A program made the position numbers and the translations under genes. From Eledone cirrhosa (taxonomy: Eukaryota), in the NCBI GenBank assembly GCA_964016885.1, contig OZ024743.1, positions 95,170,001 to 95,234,000 on the forward strand: a stretch of DNA of 64,000 nucleotides, written 5' to 3'. The notes below the pieces were generated by a model, which worked only from the letters and a program-made list of their open reading frames with translations, had not been told where the DNA came from and made no database searches. Below, piece after piece: positions 25,930 through 40,846 of this stretch (positions within the stretch are counted from its first letter, which is position 1; every line of letters starts with the position of its first letter).

Positions 25930-28900
25930 GCTTTCTTTATTAACCAAAAGGGTTGACACAAAGTATAACATTAAGGACAACACAGGACAATACAAATGGG
26001 CATTTCTCCGTGTAAAAAAAACAAAAAACAGAGAGTGAAAAAAGGAAACAATGAAAAATTCCCAATAGGGGCGAGACCTCCAAGGGTTGCTCGTGGAGAA
26101 AGCCCACAAGAAAAGCCACGGTTACCCTGACCACTAGGGCAAATGCCCTCTTCCAGTTTTCCTCCTACAATGCTACAGGGACACGCGCAGGGTAGACCCA
26201 TTCACACGGGCCATTCTTACATCTCTCACCCACCTTTCAACAAACTGGTGGAGGTCAGCACTTCCCTCTCCACCCTGATTTTCCTCTTCAGGGGAAACCT
26301 GAAAAAGTTAATGAGGGCGTCACCGAAGAGGAAAGTACCGGTCCTCAACCCTTTCAAACTTATCCACCATAAAATCTCTTTTACAATGGCCACCAGGCAG
26401 ATAAAAACTGCCTGCCCTTCTCAGCTAAAGGAAGGCGGCGAAGCAGTCTTCACGATGGACTCAGCTGATAGCCGGATCCGTTCTACACGTGGCAGCAGGC
26501 GTTCGGCATAAACTCATAAATCAGCAATGCTCGGACACTGGACGAGTGCGTGGAGGACGGTTTCATCGCCCTGTGCGCATCTCGGACAGGCTCGGCCGAC
26601 GGCACTTCCATGCCTGTAGAGTTTATCCCGAACTGGCAAGGCTCCTCGGTATCACTGCCAGGCCGGGGATTTCAGGAAGTTGTCCATGGGCCCCGGCCCG
26701 AAAGTTTCATCGAATAGATTGGCTAGTTAGTTTTCGTCGACTTCTAGAGTCTCCCCAAGGACGTTGTTGCTCTTTCCTTCCACTAATCCTTTATAGAAAG
26801 CCAAGGTGGAGTTTCCAGCGATTGTATTGCTCGACTGGTCGAGGGCTGTAAGCGCCTGAAGACATTCTAGTCTCCAAGAGCTTCTTCTCGGTCTTCGCTT
26901 GACCCAGCACAGCTTGACTACAGCTCCGCCAAGGAGACAAGCTGGGGAAACATGTGTCTAGCAAAGGACGACCACACCTGATCACCGTCGAGGAAGAGGT
27001 GGAGATGCCGTAGTCTGAGCGCATGTCTGCGCTTCATCACGCGGCATGCCAGCCCTCTGCGCAGCGGGTGTTGACAGCAGATGGACATCCTGACCATCGA
27101 GCACGTCCCTTCCACAAAAAGCGAAAGAGCAAACGCTCCAGTGCAGTCAGGTGAGGCTTACGACAAGGCACGACGGTCAGGCGGTAGTAGATGACGGACG
27201 TGATGTACGCATTCGCCACCTCCGCTCGATCTTTCAGGGATAGCTTCCTCTCGGCCCATTTCTGAGTGAGATAAAACACCTTGCTCGTGACCTCCTCCCA
27301 GGTTTTGTCCGTCTGGAGGTCCGGACCGAACCAGACGCCTAGCAATTTAACCGGTCCGTCCGTCCAGCGCCCGACGACGCTGTTTGGCGGCATGGACCTG
27401 CCTCTCCAGGTGCCAAGTTGCAGGCCTACTGATTTTTCCTGATTGATCATTGCTCCTGTCACTACCTCGTATTCTCTTAGTGTGGTTCCGATTGCCTCGA
27501 TGTGTTTGGTGTTCGACACCACTACGGTGATGTCGTCTGCATAAGACACATGTTTCCCCAGTTTGTGCAGTAATGGCTCAAGAGTCAATACGTACAACAA
27601 GGATGAGAGATGACTTCCCTGGCGGATCGAGCGCATGAGATTCCGAAAGGTGACCATTCACTCTCACCACAGAGCAGATGTCGCTGTGCATGGCAGCAAT
27701 CGAGCCTCTGAAGAGAGGCCCAAAGCCAGCTGCTCTTAGGACTGCTGCCAGATAACGATGGTCGACTCTATCGAAAGCTTTTGACTGATCTAAATTGACC
27801 AAAGACCCACCCATGCCAGGTTCCCTAGCTACCCTCTCTACGATATATCGCATGAGGTGGAGGTTGCCGTGTATGGATCTGTCTGGAATGCCGCATGTTT
27901 GCGCTTCTCCCACCAGACCACCAACGACACGCGCCAACTTCTTTGCTAGCACCTTAGCCAAAATCTTGAAGTCTGTGTTTAGCAGAGTTATGGGCCTGAA
28001 ATTTTCTGTCATCCCGCTTGCTCGGATCCTTTCTGAGCAGCTCCACCCCTCCTCGGCTCACAGAGCTGGGATTTCTCCCGTTCTGCTGCCAGTTTCAGTA
28101 GACGTCTGCCAAGAGGTATTCGAACAAGTCTGGCATACGTATGTAAAATTCGTAGGGCAGACCACCCAAACCAGGCGATTTACCCATTGTGCAGCTAGTC
28201 ATTGCCTCCCGTAGTTCAGCAGCTGTTATCGGCATTTCGCATTCCGTCGAGGTAGGCACTGAAGTCCATTCCGCGATGTGGCTCGCCATTGTCCCCTAAC
28301 AGCTGAGCAAAGTGCTGCTGAAAAGCCGCACACATCTGCCCAGGATCGAGTATCATGTGCCCGTATTGGTTCGCCAAAGACCGGATCGTGGCTTTGTTGC
28401 CACGACGCGCCTCCGCCACCCGGGCCCATTGAACGGCTTTTGTCCCCTACTGTCTGAGAGCATGCACCCTAGCTCTGACAACGCAGCCTTCGTGCTTAGC
28501 GTTGGAAAATTGGTCGAGAGCCAATTTCGCCGCAAGCAGGTCGGTCGCGATGCCTTTACTAAACGCTTCGTCTAATTTCTTAACTAGATTTCCTTCTGCT
28601 CTATTTTTCTGTTACTAGCGCTTTACTAAACCTAATGGATTCTATTCTAATCGCTCTTTTCAGGGCAAACCACCATTTGTTGTTGACGATGGCCCCTGTC
28701 AAGGCCCGCTTAACTAATTCGCTAATCCCGTCCCTGTAAGCTTTGCGCACTGTTAACGACGCGTTTAGTTTCCAGTAGCCGGGTCCCTGTCTATGAAGCC
28801 TATTTAAGTCAACCACACAGATCACGAATTTGTGGTCCGTGTAGCTGACTATCTTGAATTGTGGACCGCCTATGCTAGACCTATCTATTTCGCTACAAAA

Positions 28901-31020
28901 TACTCTATCTAGATATGATCTGGATGACCCGATACGGTTTGTCCATGTCCACATTGGCACATTCGGGAAATCCAATCGGTACCTGTCCGACAGTTGAAAA
29001 CGCCTGAGTAGGTTTGTGAGGCTTTTACATCCTCCTCCCCTATCCGCTAATCGCACACAATCCCAGCGTGCATCTAAGATCCCGTTCCAGTCGTCCACTA
29101 ACACTAGAGAGCGGGACGTTTCAAGAAAGGTCTCCAGACGCCGGAAGAATTCAGGTCGTCCTGCTCCTGTTGGGGCATAGGCGGCCACTAGCCTGAAAGC
29201 TTGTCCTTCTCCGCTGGTCACGTTCAGTACCACCAACTTACCCTCTGGGTTCAAGAAGACGGCACGTATCTCGAGAACCAGACTTCTCCGGAGCAACACG
29301 CCCCCCCCCCCCCTATCCGGGACGGCTTGGAGATGTGTACACCTCGAAGCCGCCGAAAATGGGTGCGAATGCCCGTGTCTCGGAGATTCTGGTCTCGCTG
29401 ATGGCCACCACATCTATGTTTAGCGATTTGAGATGGTTACGCAGGTAGCCCTGCTTCCAAGACGACCCCAGGCCACGTGCATTTATGCTACCTATTCTGA
29501 GAGAAGCCATGTTGGCTAGAACAGGAGGAAAACAAGTGAGAGAGGAGAGGTAGGGATTTCTTCCTTTTTTTGTTGGAATAGTTCTCCACTCTTCAGCCTC
29601 ATCGCACTCCTTGTCCGATTTAGCTATATCAGGAAGGGGTATACTTTCCATTGGTTCTGTAGGTGGTGGAAGAGATGGTGCTTTTGTTGTTGGGGATGGT
29701 GATTTCTCTTCTGCTACCGTGGTGTTTGTTTGTCCGTTCCAGTTGCGGAGCACGGCGTGGGGAGAAGGGGTGCGCACGTACCTGTTTTTGGTGAGTTTGG
29801 GGCAGAATGCCTTAAGGTGCGTCTTGTCACCGCATCCATGAAACCTTGGGCGCTTACCTTCGACAGTCACGGGTAGATGGCTGCCGTCGTCCAGGTCTAT
29901 TATATCAGGGATGGCCTCAATGCTCTCATGGTTTGTTTGGATGATTAGCTCCCTCCCCGACCCTGTCCAATTTCCCTGTCTTATTCGCATGACGCTGAGT
30001 ATGGTTGTTGAATCCTCAACATCAGCGAGGATGGCCGCCGTCAACCTCGCCATCTCCACTGATGGCGGAACCTGAGCCACTCACCCTCACGACTCTCTGG
30101 CCGCAGTATGTGGGCATCATTATGATTTCGTCACTGCGGAGTGGCGCAATGGAGTGTGCTCTGGCTTCTTCTGGTGTAGCGCAGAGCATACCCACAGTGC
30201 CATAACTCGATCACCGGGCTATGTATGTTTTCTGTGCCCAGACGGTGCCCATAGCACATTGGACCTGTGACTCCGTTTCCCGTTCAACTCGCCGCGATTT
30301 TGATCCGATCGTGCGATAACTGACCGAACACAAAAGCTTGTTTCTTATTATCTCAGCTGGGCGGGTGAGACTTACCCTGTGTCCGGTCTTTTCAACGAAG
30401 ACCTTTGCTTGTTTTATTTCTTCGTTGGTGATGTGTACTTGTTCAAAATTGTTTGTCGCTTTACCGAAAGATGTGTCTGTTTTGATTTGTGTTGACTCAT
30501 CACTAGTTTTGTCTTTGTTGCCGTAGTTGGTGTTTTTTTTTTCCTGTGTTGCCGCTGTTATAGTTGTTGTTCTTTGGGTTCTTTATGGCTGTAGCTGTTG
30601 TTATTGTTGTTATTGGGGTGGTGGTGGTGTTTGATTTTTCTAACGTAGGGAAGTTTTCGTTGTAATTTCCACTACTGCTACTACTGTTCCAGTCGCTGCT
30701 GCTGCTGTTGTCACTACCACTGTCGCTGTCGCTGCTGCTGCTGTTTCTCTTGTTTTTTACTTTGCCTTGTGATTGGGTGGAAATGGCTGTTCCACCCTCC
30801 GAACAACTCGCTGTTCCTCCCCGTGGACAATCTTTTTTGAGCGCCATGTTTTTAAAAAAAAATTGTGGTGGTGGGGGTGGAGGGGTGGGGTGTTAATATT
30901 GTAAATAAATGCAAATTTAGCCCTCAAGGGCGCGAAATACAGTTAAAAAACCATCTCCTTTGACAGAGGGGTTCTTTAACTACACACCGATGTAAAAATA
31001 GTATATAGAACTTTCGATAA
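25930..31020 (-). mobile_element. Tx1/L1-like non-LTR retrotransposon, near full length, frameshifted
   Basis: ORF1 pieces 30847-29520 (degenerate CxxC knuckle GCGDKTHLKAFCP); ORF2 from ~29510 with APE endonuclease (GSINARGL, ISETR, AYAP, SYLDR, TDH), RT (NFRPITLLNTDFKILAKVLA, DQSKAFDRVDH, RQG..LS, YADDIT); AATAAA at 25935-25940. Confidence 0.9.
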
Positions 31021-31055
31021 CTCATAAAAATTCAACTAACTTACTTCGCCGTCTC

Positions 31056-31067
31056 ATAATAATAACA

Positions 31068-31133
<66 letters not shown>
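31056..31133. repeat. (TAA)n microsatellite
   Basis: Direct inspection; 5' flank of the truncated R4-like copy. Confidence 0.95.
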
Positions 31134-31134
<1 letters not shown>

Positions 31135-31135
<1 letters not shown>

Positions 31136-32372
31136 ATGAATACATTCGAAGAGTAAGGAGCGTATTGAAGTCACATCTGAACAGCAGAAATGCCATAAGC
31201 GCAGTAAATTCCCGAGCTGTGTCTATTATTAGGTACAGTGCGGGAATTCTGAGATGGAATGTTGCTGAACAAAAAGAAATGGATAGGAAGACTAGGAAGC
31301 TATTGACTATCTACAACATGTTCCACAAGAGGAGTGATGTCGATAGACTCTACCTAAGGAGATCTGAGGGTGGAAGAGGTCTTATCAGCATAGAGGACTG
31401 TGTTCAGATGGAGAAAAACAACCTATACAAATACGTGACCTATAGTAAGGAGCCAATGCTCAGAACTGTACTGAAGGAGGGGACAGTAGGCCAGGGGATG
31501 TCCAAGGAGGAAATAACATCAAGGAGGAAGAGCAGCCTTAAGGGAAAATCCCTTCATAGTACCTTCTTTGAGAAAACTGAATTTAGAGATCCACAGACAT
31601 GGAACTGGTTGAGAAGAGGAGACCTCAAAAAGGCTACAGAAGGAATGCTAATGGCTGCGCAGGAGCAGGCCCTCAAAACGAAGTGGTTGAAGCACCATAT
31701 CTACAAGGAGGAGGCTAGCCCACTGTGCAGGATCTGTGGAGAGAGAGAGGAGACTGTGGCTCACATTGTGTCCGAGTGTAAACACCTAGCCCAGACCCAC
31801 TATAAGGGCTGGAGACACGATGTGATGGGCAGGGTGATCCACTGGCACCTGTGCAAAGTAAACATTTTACCACATTCTGAGAAATGGTATGAGCATAGGC
31901 CAGAGGCGGTGAGGGAGAACAATCAGGTGAAGGTGCTGTGGGATTTTAGGATACAGACGGACAAAAAACTGGAACACAATAGACCTGACCTGGTGGTTGT
32001 GGACAAAGAAAAAAGAACGTGTCTGATTGTGGATGTGGCCTGCCCGTTCGACACGAGAGTGCAAGAGAAGGAGAGGGAGAAAATTAACCGATACCAGGAC
32101 CTAAAGTGGGAGGTGAAAAGGATTTGGAACTGCCATGAAGTCAAAGTGATCCCGATTGTCATAGGCGCACTGGGGACTATCTCCAAAAGTTTCCAGGGAT
32201 GGTTAAAGAAAATCGGCCCCTTCACGCTTTTTGGAACGCTTCAAAAGGCATGCTTGCTTGGAACAGCAAGAACCCTCCGATACGTCCTGAATATCTGAGG
32301 CTGCAGGTAGTGGCTTGATATTCAATCCAACGGACTTTCCAGTTAACCAACATCAATGACTGAGATTCAAGG
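31135..32372 (+). mobile_element. 5'-truncated copy of the R4/Dong-like retrotransposon
   Basis: ORF 31165-32298 is nearly identical to the C-terminal 377 aa of 58539-61787 (CCHC finger CRICGE..H..SEC, RLE RPDLV..D..KYQDL); (TAA)n on both sides. Confidence 0.95.
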
Positions 32373-32575
<203 letters not shown>

Positions 32576-33037
32576 ATTTAGATATTAGAATTATGTTTTT
32601 CTCTCCATCATAATACCATATGTACATGCAGGGTGTTGTAAGAAGTATGTATTGAAAAGTATTATAATCTGTGTGAAGGGGAAATGGCATAATAAATATA
32701 TCGTCTGCAACAGTGTTGGCGTTCGTGTGTGTTCCTCTTTATTTCAGTTAATCTTATGACGTGATAAAGGAAAGCAGCCAAAAATGACGTGTTATTGTTA
32801 GCGGAAATGGGGAATGAAACATACCAATGCTTGGTGTAGTTTAACATATAAGAAATCAGTAGAATCGGCTGAGTATTATAGCAGGCGTTAATGGTTTTCA
32901 AAACCAGCAACACTGAAATGTGAGCTGGTTGTATTAAGAACCATAGCTTCAATTCTGTTCAATCGCATGAAGTGAGAGATATTTGTTAGTTTTATTCACA
33001 CATTAAAGCTAGGTATAAGTAGTTTATTATTATTGAG

Positions 33038-33318
33038 GGCGGTGGTTTGGCAGTATCTGTAGATCATCAGGCATGCTTTGCAGCATAGAGTTACGGCCCT
33101 TTACGGTCTAAGTTCAAATCCCGCCGAAGTTAACTTTGCCTTTTATCCTTACGGAATCGATAAATAAAGCACCAGTAATGCACTGGGGTAATTGCTGGCC
33201 TTGTGCCACAAGTAGAAACGATTATTATTGGGGGCGGAGGATTGGCAGTATCGATAGAGCGTCAGACACCATGCTCGAAGCATAGAGTTATGGCCCTTTG
33301 CGTTCTGAGTTCAAATTT
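33038..33318 (+). mobile_element. OK-like SINE plus partial second copy
   Basis: Full copy 33038-33228; 5' half 33232-33318. Confidence 0.8.
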
Positions 33319-33589
33319 TCTGTAGCGACATCAACATTAAGAGTAAAAGCAAGAACTGCAACAGCAGCACTACCAACACGAGAAACTACAGCAGCACTAA
33401 CACAAACAGCACCCCCGAAACCAGCAACAGAACCAACACTACAACAAATATCATAAAACCCACGCAGTAGTAGTAGGAGCAGGAGCAGCAACAGTAGTAG
33501 TAGTAGTAGTAGAAACAACAGCAGCAGCAGCAGTAGTAGTAGTAGTAAAACATACAAGAAATTCCTATTAGTTTTATGTATTAACACAA

Positions 33590-33900
33590 CTTTCTCCTGC
33601 CGCAACCTGGTGCAGTCTCCGACTATCCCAGGATTTGCTGCACGTCGGACTGAGGAGGCCAAACTCTTCAAATACCGGTAGCTCTCCGACAGGTTTGCGG
33701 TTGTACCCTTGGCAATGCAGACTTCTGGTGTCCTCGGTCCCAGGGCTACCTCCCTACTCACCACCATAGGCGCTGAGCTGGCCAGCCGCAGGTGTGAGCC
33801 TCGCGAGCTGGAATGGCTTTTCCACCGCGTCTCCCTTGCCGTCCTCCGGGAAACACCTTCTCCATTCTGTCCGCCAGGGCTGTGGGGAGGCCACCAATAT
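33590..33900 (+). mobile_element. CRE-clade retrotransposon RLE/3' end fragment
   Basis: AARRTEEAKLFKYR*LSDRFAVVPLAMQTSGVLG..EPRELEWLFHRVSLAVLR. Confidence 0.7.
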
Positions 33901-34379
33901 CATTGACTGACTTGTTATTTTATCTGTCAGATGTTTTTTAGACATCACTCAGTTAAATATGATAGAACCTTTGAACTTCAGTCATATTTATCTTAATACA
34001 TTTCGCAGGATTAAATACCTAACAAAAAATCTCGTTGATATAAACATACTCTTTAAATGTACATACGTCGTTATAATAGATTATAAAATGATTTATTTCA
34101 TCTCACAACTTGCAACGTTTTCATCATCACACAGAATACTACCAAACATGCAAACCGTCTGATGACGTTCAGAAAAAATATAACGAAAACGATTGCTCAA
34201 TCATTAAGAGAGTCTAAATACTGGGTATTTAACGAAAATCACGTTGAAAATATATATATAGACATTCGCCGATGGAATTGAGTTTGAAGTAGTTATTTCA
34301 TGTATTTTTAGAAGAAGCTGTTGTCTAGGAAAATACATCGTTGAATAATTCTTTGAGACTTTACCTATTAATTCGTAAG

Positions 34380-34910
34380 CCTGTCTGAGACCAGGCTGCA
34401 CTGGATGGCATCCCATACGCTTTGGGGGGACTTGACGTCAGCAGGGGGAGAAGGAGGAGGGACGTCTACTGGGCTAAGTCTCAGCCTGTCCCAGGTCTCA
34501 CAAGCAACCTCACGTTCCCTGAACACAGAGGGTTCTATTGTGTTTTGGAGAACCCTGCTGACGAGGATGCGGCATGAGGTTACCGATGAAAGAAACGCCG
34601 GCAAAGCCAGTGAGATCGAGGACAGGTAAAATGGCCTGTTGCCATCCAATGTTGTCAAACCTGACATTGCATATTTCCTCAGCTGCCGCTCAGATACAAG
34701 TATCGAGGTCAGCGAGGAGAGATGCTTGGCTGTAGCACGGAGCGCTGCGAAGGGTGTAGAGGAGCTTCGGCATGGCAAAGCGGTTCCTCAACAGGAAGAG
34801 AGCTGGGTGACCGTCGATCAAGCCCAGTCGACTCGCGAGAGTCTGGAGTTATTGGAGCCTAGACCTGATGGTGGAGCGGATGGCCGGCGGGTGGATCGGT
34901 GACCCATGAC
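34380..34910. mobile_element. Rearranged CRE-clade RT-thumb fragment
   Basis: Minus strand LFLLRNRFAMPKLLYTLRSAPCY and LALPAFLSS; plus strand QAAL..PIRFGG at the left end. Confidence 0.55.
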
Positions 34911-35239
34911 TAGACAAAGATGGAAAGAGACGTTAGTATTGAAGTCGTTGTGACACTGAATTGCTCCATATGAGTTTTATTGGAAGACAGAAATATATTT
35001 GAGTAGTCATTTCTACATGACAGCTATATATTTCACTCTAATACCTCTTTTCGATAGGAACGTTTTCGCTGTTTATAAGACGTTCATTTTTCTATTTCAA
35101 TTTAATATTTTCAGTCTGTAGGATAGGAAAGATGAGATTTGCGAGATCTTTAACAACCATTAAAATTTCTCCTCATGCGTATTTATCTATCTAACTAACC
35201 TTGCCTGCAACTATAAATAACTTCATTATTTATTAATTT

Positions 35240-35425
35240 GATTAGCAGTATCGGTAGAGTGTAGGACACCATGCTTTAAAGCATAGAGTTACGTCCTTTT
35301 ATGATGTGAGTTCAAATCCCGCCGAGGTTAACTTTGCCTTTCATCCTTACAGGGTCGATAAAATAAAGTACCAGTAATTCACTGCAGTAATTGCTGGCCT
35401 TGTGCCAAAAGTAGAAAGAATTATT
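35240..35425 (+). mobile_element. OK-like SINE with target-site duplication
   Basis: attatttattaattt at 35225 and 35420. Confidence 0.85.
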
Positions 35426-35994
35426 TATTAATTTAATGTATGACTGCACGAACACAGCTTAATTAATTTAGAATGTCAAAAATATTATTCTTATAGACAT
35501 TTTATTTGTCGTTTTCCTCCCCTTAAATTCACGATGTTTAATGAGGAAATGAACTCTAGTGTTTAACAGAAGTGAACTAAGATGAAGGAACAGGAAAATA
35601 GAAAGAACATTGAAAGAAATTAAATAAGGGAAGAAAAAAAAACGAGAATTGTAACCTTAGCTAGGTGGTATATCTCAGCTGTCCCCCACGGACATGATGG
35701 CAACAGCTGCATCAGTCATTCCACCTCACGGGGCTCCTTCCTCAAGCGGGATGCCCTCCTCCCAATTTTGCTGGGGGAAATGGCAATCAGGGGACACCGG
35801 TTGTCATGACGGTGACCGAAAAGAAAGTAGTCGGTTAAATTCCGGCATTTATATATATTCCACCGATTATTAGAGGGCACTGAGCCCGAGTTTCTGCCTG
35901 AAGTGACTTCTTTTTGAAACTGACCAACTCCACACTCTCACACCACCCACAATAAAATACTTCACCTTTCTATAAGTATTACACCTCATAGTTA

Positions 35995-36136
35995 AGGCGC
36001 ATGGCTTAGTGGTTAGAGCATTGGGCTTGCAATCGAAAGGTTGTGAGTTCAATTCTCGGACCGGGTGATGTGTTGTTTCCTTGAGCAAGACACTTTATTT
36101 CACGTTGCTCCAGCTTACTCAGCTGTAGAAATGAGA
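35995..36136 (+). mobile_element. tRNA-derived SINE, Octopus OR-like family (5' part)
   Basis: ggcgcatggcttagtggttagagc (A box), gagttcaattc (B box), tccttgagcaagacactttatttcacgttgctccag; related copies at 42520-42778 (-), 51232-51565 (-), degraded at ~39083 and ~47035. Confidence 0.75.
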
Positions 36137-36915
36137 TGATAGGCTGGGATCCCTATCATTAAATTACCCAAGACACCTCCAACGAGATATACCTTGGAGG
36201 AGGTCAGCTAAACATGCATAGGTGTGAACTGTCACACACACACACACCCCATACTCCTACCCCACCTTCCCCTATTTATGTTTATCTCTTAAAATCCTCT
36301 AATGATTTAGTATAAAATATCTAAAAGCAGGTTTGTTAATTCGAATGTTTATAGTATCTACAGGATAGATCGTTGTGAACATTTGCAGTATCATCTCTTA
36401 GAGTTGGAATGGCTCATCCAGCGTATCTCCCTTACAATCCTCCGGAGAAACGCCTTCTCTATCCTGTGCGTCGGGTCTTTGGGGAGGTTAGCACGTGGGA
36501 CCCTATTTGCTCACCATACAGATTAATAGCCAAAGTTATAAACTATTGTAAGTAAACCTATTTAATTGCTATTTAGCAGAACATATTTAAGAACAGTTTT
36601 ATTAATTCAAATGAGTATAGTATCTTTACTGGTGGGAGGTACTTGGAGATATTTGCAGTATTAGAGTAAAGAATTTTCCTTATTTAATTTCGATGTGAAG
36701 CGGTCATTTGTTCCAAATATTGTACATGCAAGGTTGAAAGTTATTAACATACCATTCCAGATAAGTTGTAATCGAAGTCTACAAAAGAAGAAAGAAGTGT
36801 TTGAATATAGTAGATGTGATTACTAAAAGAGATTCATGGATTCTAGAATTATTAACGATACGTAAGATGGCACCAATTATATGCGGTTTTATCTATAATG
36901 TCGGTATATATATAT

Positions 36916-36949
<34 letters not shown>

Positions 36950-36950
<1 letters not shown>

Positions 36951-38557
36951 TGGGGAGGGTCATATTTGTGTAATAATATTGCCAGAATTAATAACAGAAC
37001 ACACTCACTGTTTGTTTGGTTTTCGCTTCTGTGTCTTTTATATCGGTTAATTTAATTTATTCGGTCCTCAATGTTGCCATTTACTGACCAACGGTCAAAA
37101 ATACAGATACAATATAGACACAAACACATATATATAGTCTTAGAAAGTTCTTTCGTTGCACATCTGTAACATCGTCAGTGGTGCTATTATGTTTCCTCCT
37201 GTTGTATTGTATGCCTACGCCATCTTTATTTAGTCTGTTTATTTATTTTTTTTTTATTGTCTTCTCTGCGAATGCGTTTGCGGGTGTGTATAGTGTTTGA
37301 TGTGTGTTCGTGTTTGGGTGACTGTGTATTGGTTATTGTATTCTATCTTAGTTTACTAGTGTGTGTTTATATGTGTTTGTGTTATTGTGCTTGTGTATGT
37401 ATTTATTTATACTTCTCTTGGGTCAGTATTGTTTGTTTGGGTGTTGTTGTTATTCCATTCATTTTTTCTGTTTAGCCTTGGCCTTCTAAGTTCTATTTCG
37501 CTGGCCTCTCTTATTTGCCTATCTGCTGGGTCATTTCTATGTTTAGATATTATTCTAAATTCTATGTTGTCTATGTTACCGTTGTGTTGTTGCCTGGCAT
37601 GTTCGTATAGTACTGAAACGTTATAGCTTTGGTCCACCCAATCCACCTTCCCATGGGAGTCTTTTTTGCCATAGGAAATGTTAATAGGAAATGTATTATA
37701 TGTAAAGTAAACCCCCCGGATAAACTGTAAAACTAGAAACATAGTCTATAGCAAAAGATGTACAGAGGGTACTTGCAGAAGCATGACAACAACATACATA
37801 GGCGAGACAGCTCGTAGCATAGGTTAAAGGATAGACCAACACTGGGAGGGGGGTGGGGGGACTAAAAGGACGAAAAAACGGTTCAGGACTATACGAACAT
37901 GCCAGACAACAACACAACGGTAACATAGACAACATAGAAATTAGAATAATATCTAAACATAGAAATGACCCAGCAGATAGGCAAATCAGAGAGGCCAGCG
38001 AAATAGAACTTAGAAGACCAAGGCTAAACAGAAAAAATGAATGGAGTAACAACAACACCCAAGCAAACAATGCTGACCTAAGAGAAGTATAAATAAATAA
38101 ATAAATACATACACAAGTACAATAACAACAAACACATATAAACACACACTAGTAAAATAAGATAGAATACAATAACCATTACACAGTCACCCAAACACGA
38201 ACAGACATCAAACACTATACACGCACGCAAACGCATGCGCAGAGAACACAAAAAATAAATAAATAAACAGACTAAATAAAGATGGCGTAGGCATACAATA
38301 CAACAGGAGGAAACATAATAGCACCACTGACGATGTTGCAGATGTGCAACGAAAGAACTTTGTTAGACTATATATATGTGTTTGTGTCTATATTGTATCT
38401 GTATTTGTGACCGTTGGTCAGTCAATGGTAACATTGAGGACCGAATAAATTAAATTAACCGATATAAAAGACACAGAAGCGAAAACCAACCAAACAGTGA
38501 GTGTGTTCTGTTATTAATTCTGGCAATATTATTACACAAATATAACCCTCCCCAAGT
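36950..38557. mobile_element. Penelope-like element with ~670-bp inverted arms (family D), GIY-YIG pseudogene
   Basis: Plus strand 37690-38050 reads KCIICK..NCKTRNIVY..C....C..YIGETARSIG*RIDQH..LYEHARQQH..RQIREASEIELRRPRLNRKNEW; 36950-37615 is the reverse complement of ~37887-38557. Confidence 0.85.
38322..38364 (+). ncRNA. Minimal hammerhead ribozyme motif
   Basis: ca-CTGACGA-t gttgca gatg tgcaac-GAAA-gaac-TT-tg; copies at ~37142-37182 (-) and ~57678-57720 (-). Confidence 0.65.
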
Positions 38558-38621
38558 ATAACAATATTTGCTTCGACACACGATATCATATCAAAAACCT
38601 CGCAAAACTAATTCATCGCCG

Positions 38622-38665
<44 letters not shown>

Positions 38666-38738
38666 TTATTAAAATAACAGATTAAAGTTTAAGCAACTAA
38701 TTTAGTCTTCACATTTATCATTATTATTACACACACAC

Positions 38739-38823
<85 letters not shown>

Positions 38824-39544
38824 TGTGTGTGGAGGTGTGGAGGTGTGGATGTCAGCGTGCATATATGTGTTAGTGTTTGAAATTAACAGAGAATTAAAGT
38901 CGTAATCTACTTCTTGAAATTTAAGATCAGCTGAAACAGATCAAAGAAAATGTATAGATTCTTCGTATTTTAAACATTTTTATTTGATGGCTTTCTACCT
39001 GGCGTGGCAGCACTTTCGGATTTCTTTTTCGGTCATTGTGACCTCGTACTTTGTCTGGTATTTATTTCATTATAGAGCGGAGGCGGTTTAGTGGTTAGGG
39101 GACAGAACTCACGGTCTTGAGGTCATGGACACGATTCCAGAACCGAGGCTGTCCTTGAGCAATTTCACTCAGATAGCAAAACTTAGTGTAACTGAAGGGA
39201 CCAGATTTATTACACTGTATGACACTGAACCTCTTTCAGAACTGCATTAACTGTGCTGATATCTATAGAATGCTCAGTCACTTTCATTTCAGGAGACGGC
39301 TCTTCCGTAACGGAATCTACCGGAACATTCCACTCCATCCTATTTCATCATGTGTAATTAGCATAAAACGACAAAATTGACATTCAATTAAATTCCCAAA
39401 GGTTTGCACAGTATGCAAATTAAACTGATCAGTTATACTCTAAACCCTGCTTGATATACATAGTGTTCATTTAGTAGGATTCTTCTGTATACAGGATCAT
39501 AGAAGTACTGGACTTCTTACGATGACACAAAAATCTCCGAAATG

Positions 39545-39849
39545 CATAACTGCAATCGCTTAATCGCTCTGTATAATCAGCTCCTGATTATTACTGGACT
39601 TCTATAAGAATCCAGCTTCTATAATTTTCGGCGAAAGCAGGGGAGTACGTGGATATGATGACTGCCAACCAGCGTGAAACAGACTGTCAGCTTCTCTCCC
39701 TTCTTTCACCGAAAAGAAGTAAGTGACACAGTCACTACTTTAAAACTGATAGCTTATGGTCTTCTAAATGTTTTAATTAAACATACGGTATATTGCCAAA
39801 TATACTATACATACATTCATGTATACATCGCTATTTCAGAGCACCAATC

Positions 39850-39850
<1 letters not shown>
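39545..39850 (+). mobile_element. Family C pLTR copy with degenerate hammerhead
   Basis: Reverse complement similarity to 9210-9520; aTGATGA..GAAA-cagactg-TC-agct at 39655-39692. Confidence 0.55.
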
Positions 39851-39945
<95 letters not shown>

Positions 39946-40219
39946 TAATAATAATATTTCTACTTATATATGGTTTATATATAATTATAAATGTGTATGG
40001 TAGTACTAAGCACTATCCAATTACCAGTATGAGAAAGGTAATACATCCTTTGCACATGTATTACCTTAAAGAATATCTTTATACATAATCTACTCCATTG
40101 CTCCTTATACTGTGATTTCTGTAACATAACAACCTTCTGTAACTCCTGCTTTTCTATATGATATCATTGACACTGTTAATAATTATGTATCTATAAAATG
40201 TTCTGAAGACTAGGATTTT

Positions 40220-40582
<363 letters not shown>

Positions 40583-40740
40583 TATATATATATATATATA
40601 TTAGGTATAGGATTATCCAAGATGTAGTAATGGTTAATTACTACACTGGATATGGTTGACGTACGGTAAGAGGTTACTCTACGAGTTGTGGAAGAATTGT
40701 TGAAGAAACTTAGTTCCTGATCCTTCTGTATTCCGGAGTG

Positions 40741-40846
40741 TATATAAAGAATGAATAATAACAGGTAGACATCATAAAAAGGTAATTTATTCCGGAATAA
40801 ATTACCTTTTTATGATGTCTACCTGTTATTATTTATTCTTTATATA
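40741..40846. repeat. Spacerless near-perfect palindrome (53-bp arms)
   Basis: Centre TCCGGA at 40791-40796. Confidence 0.9.
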
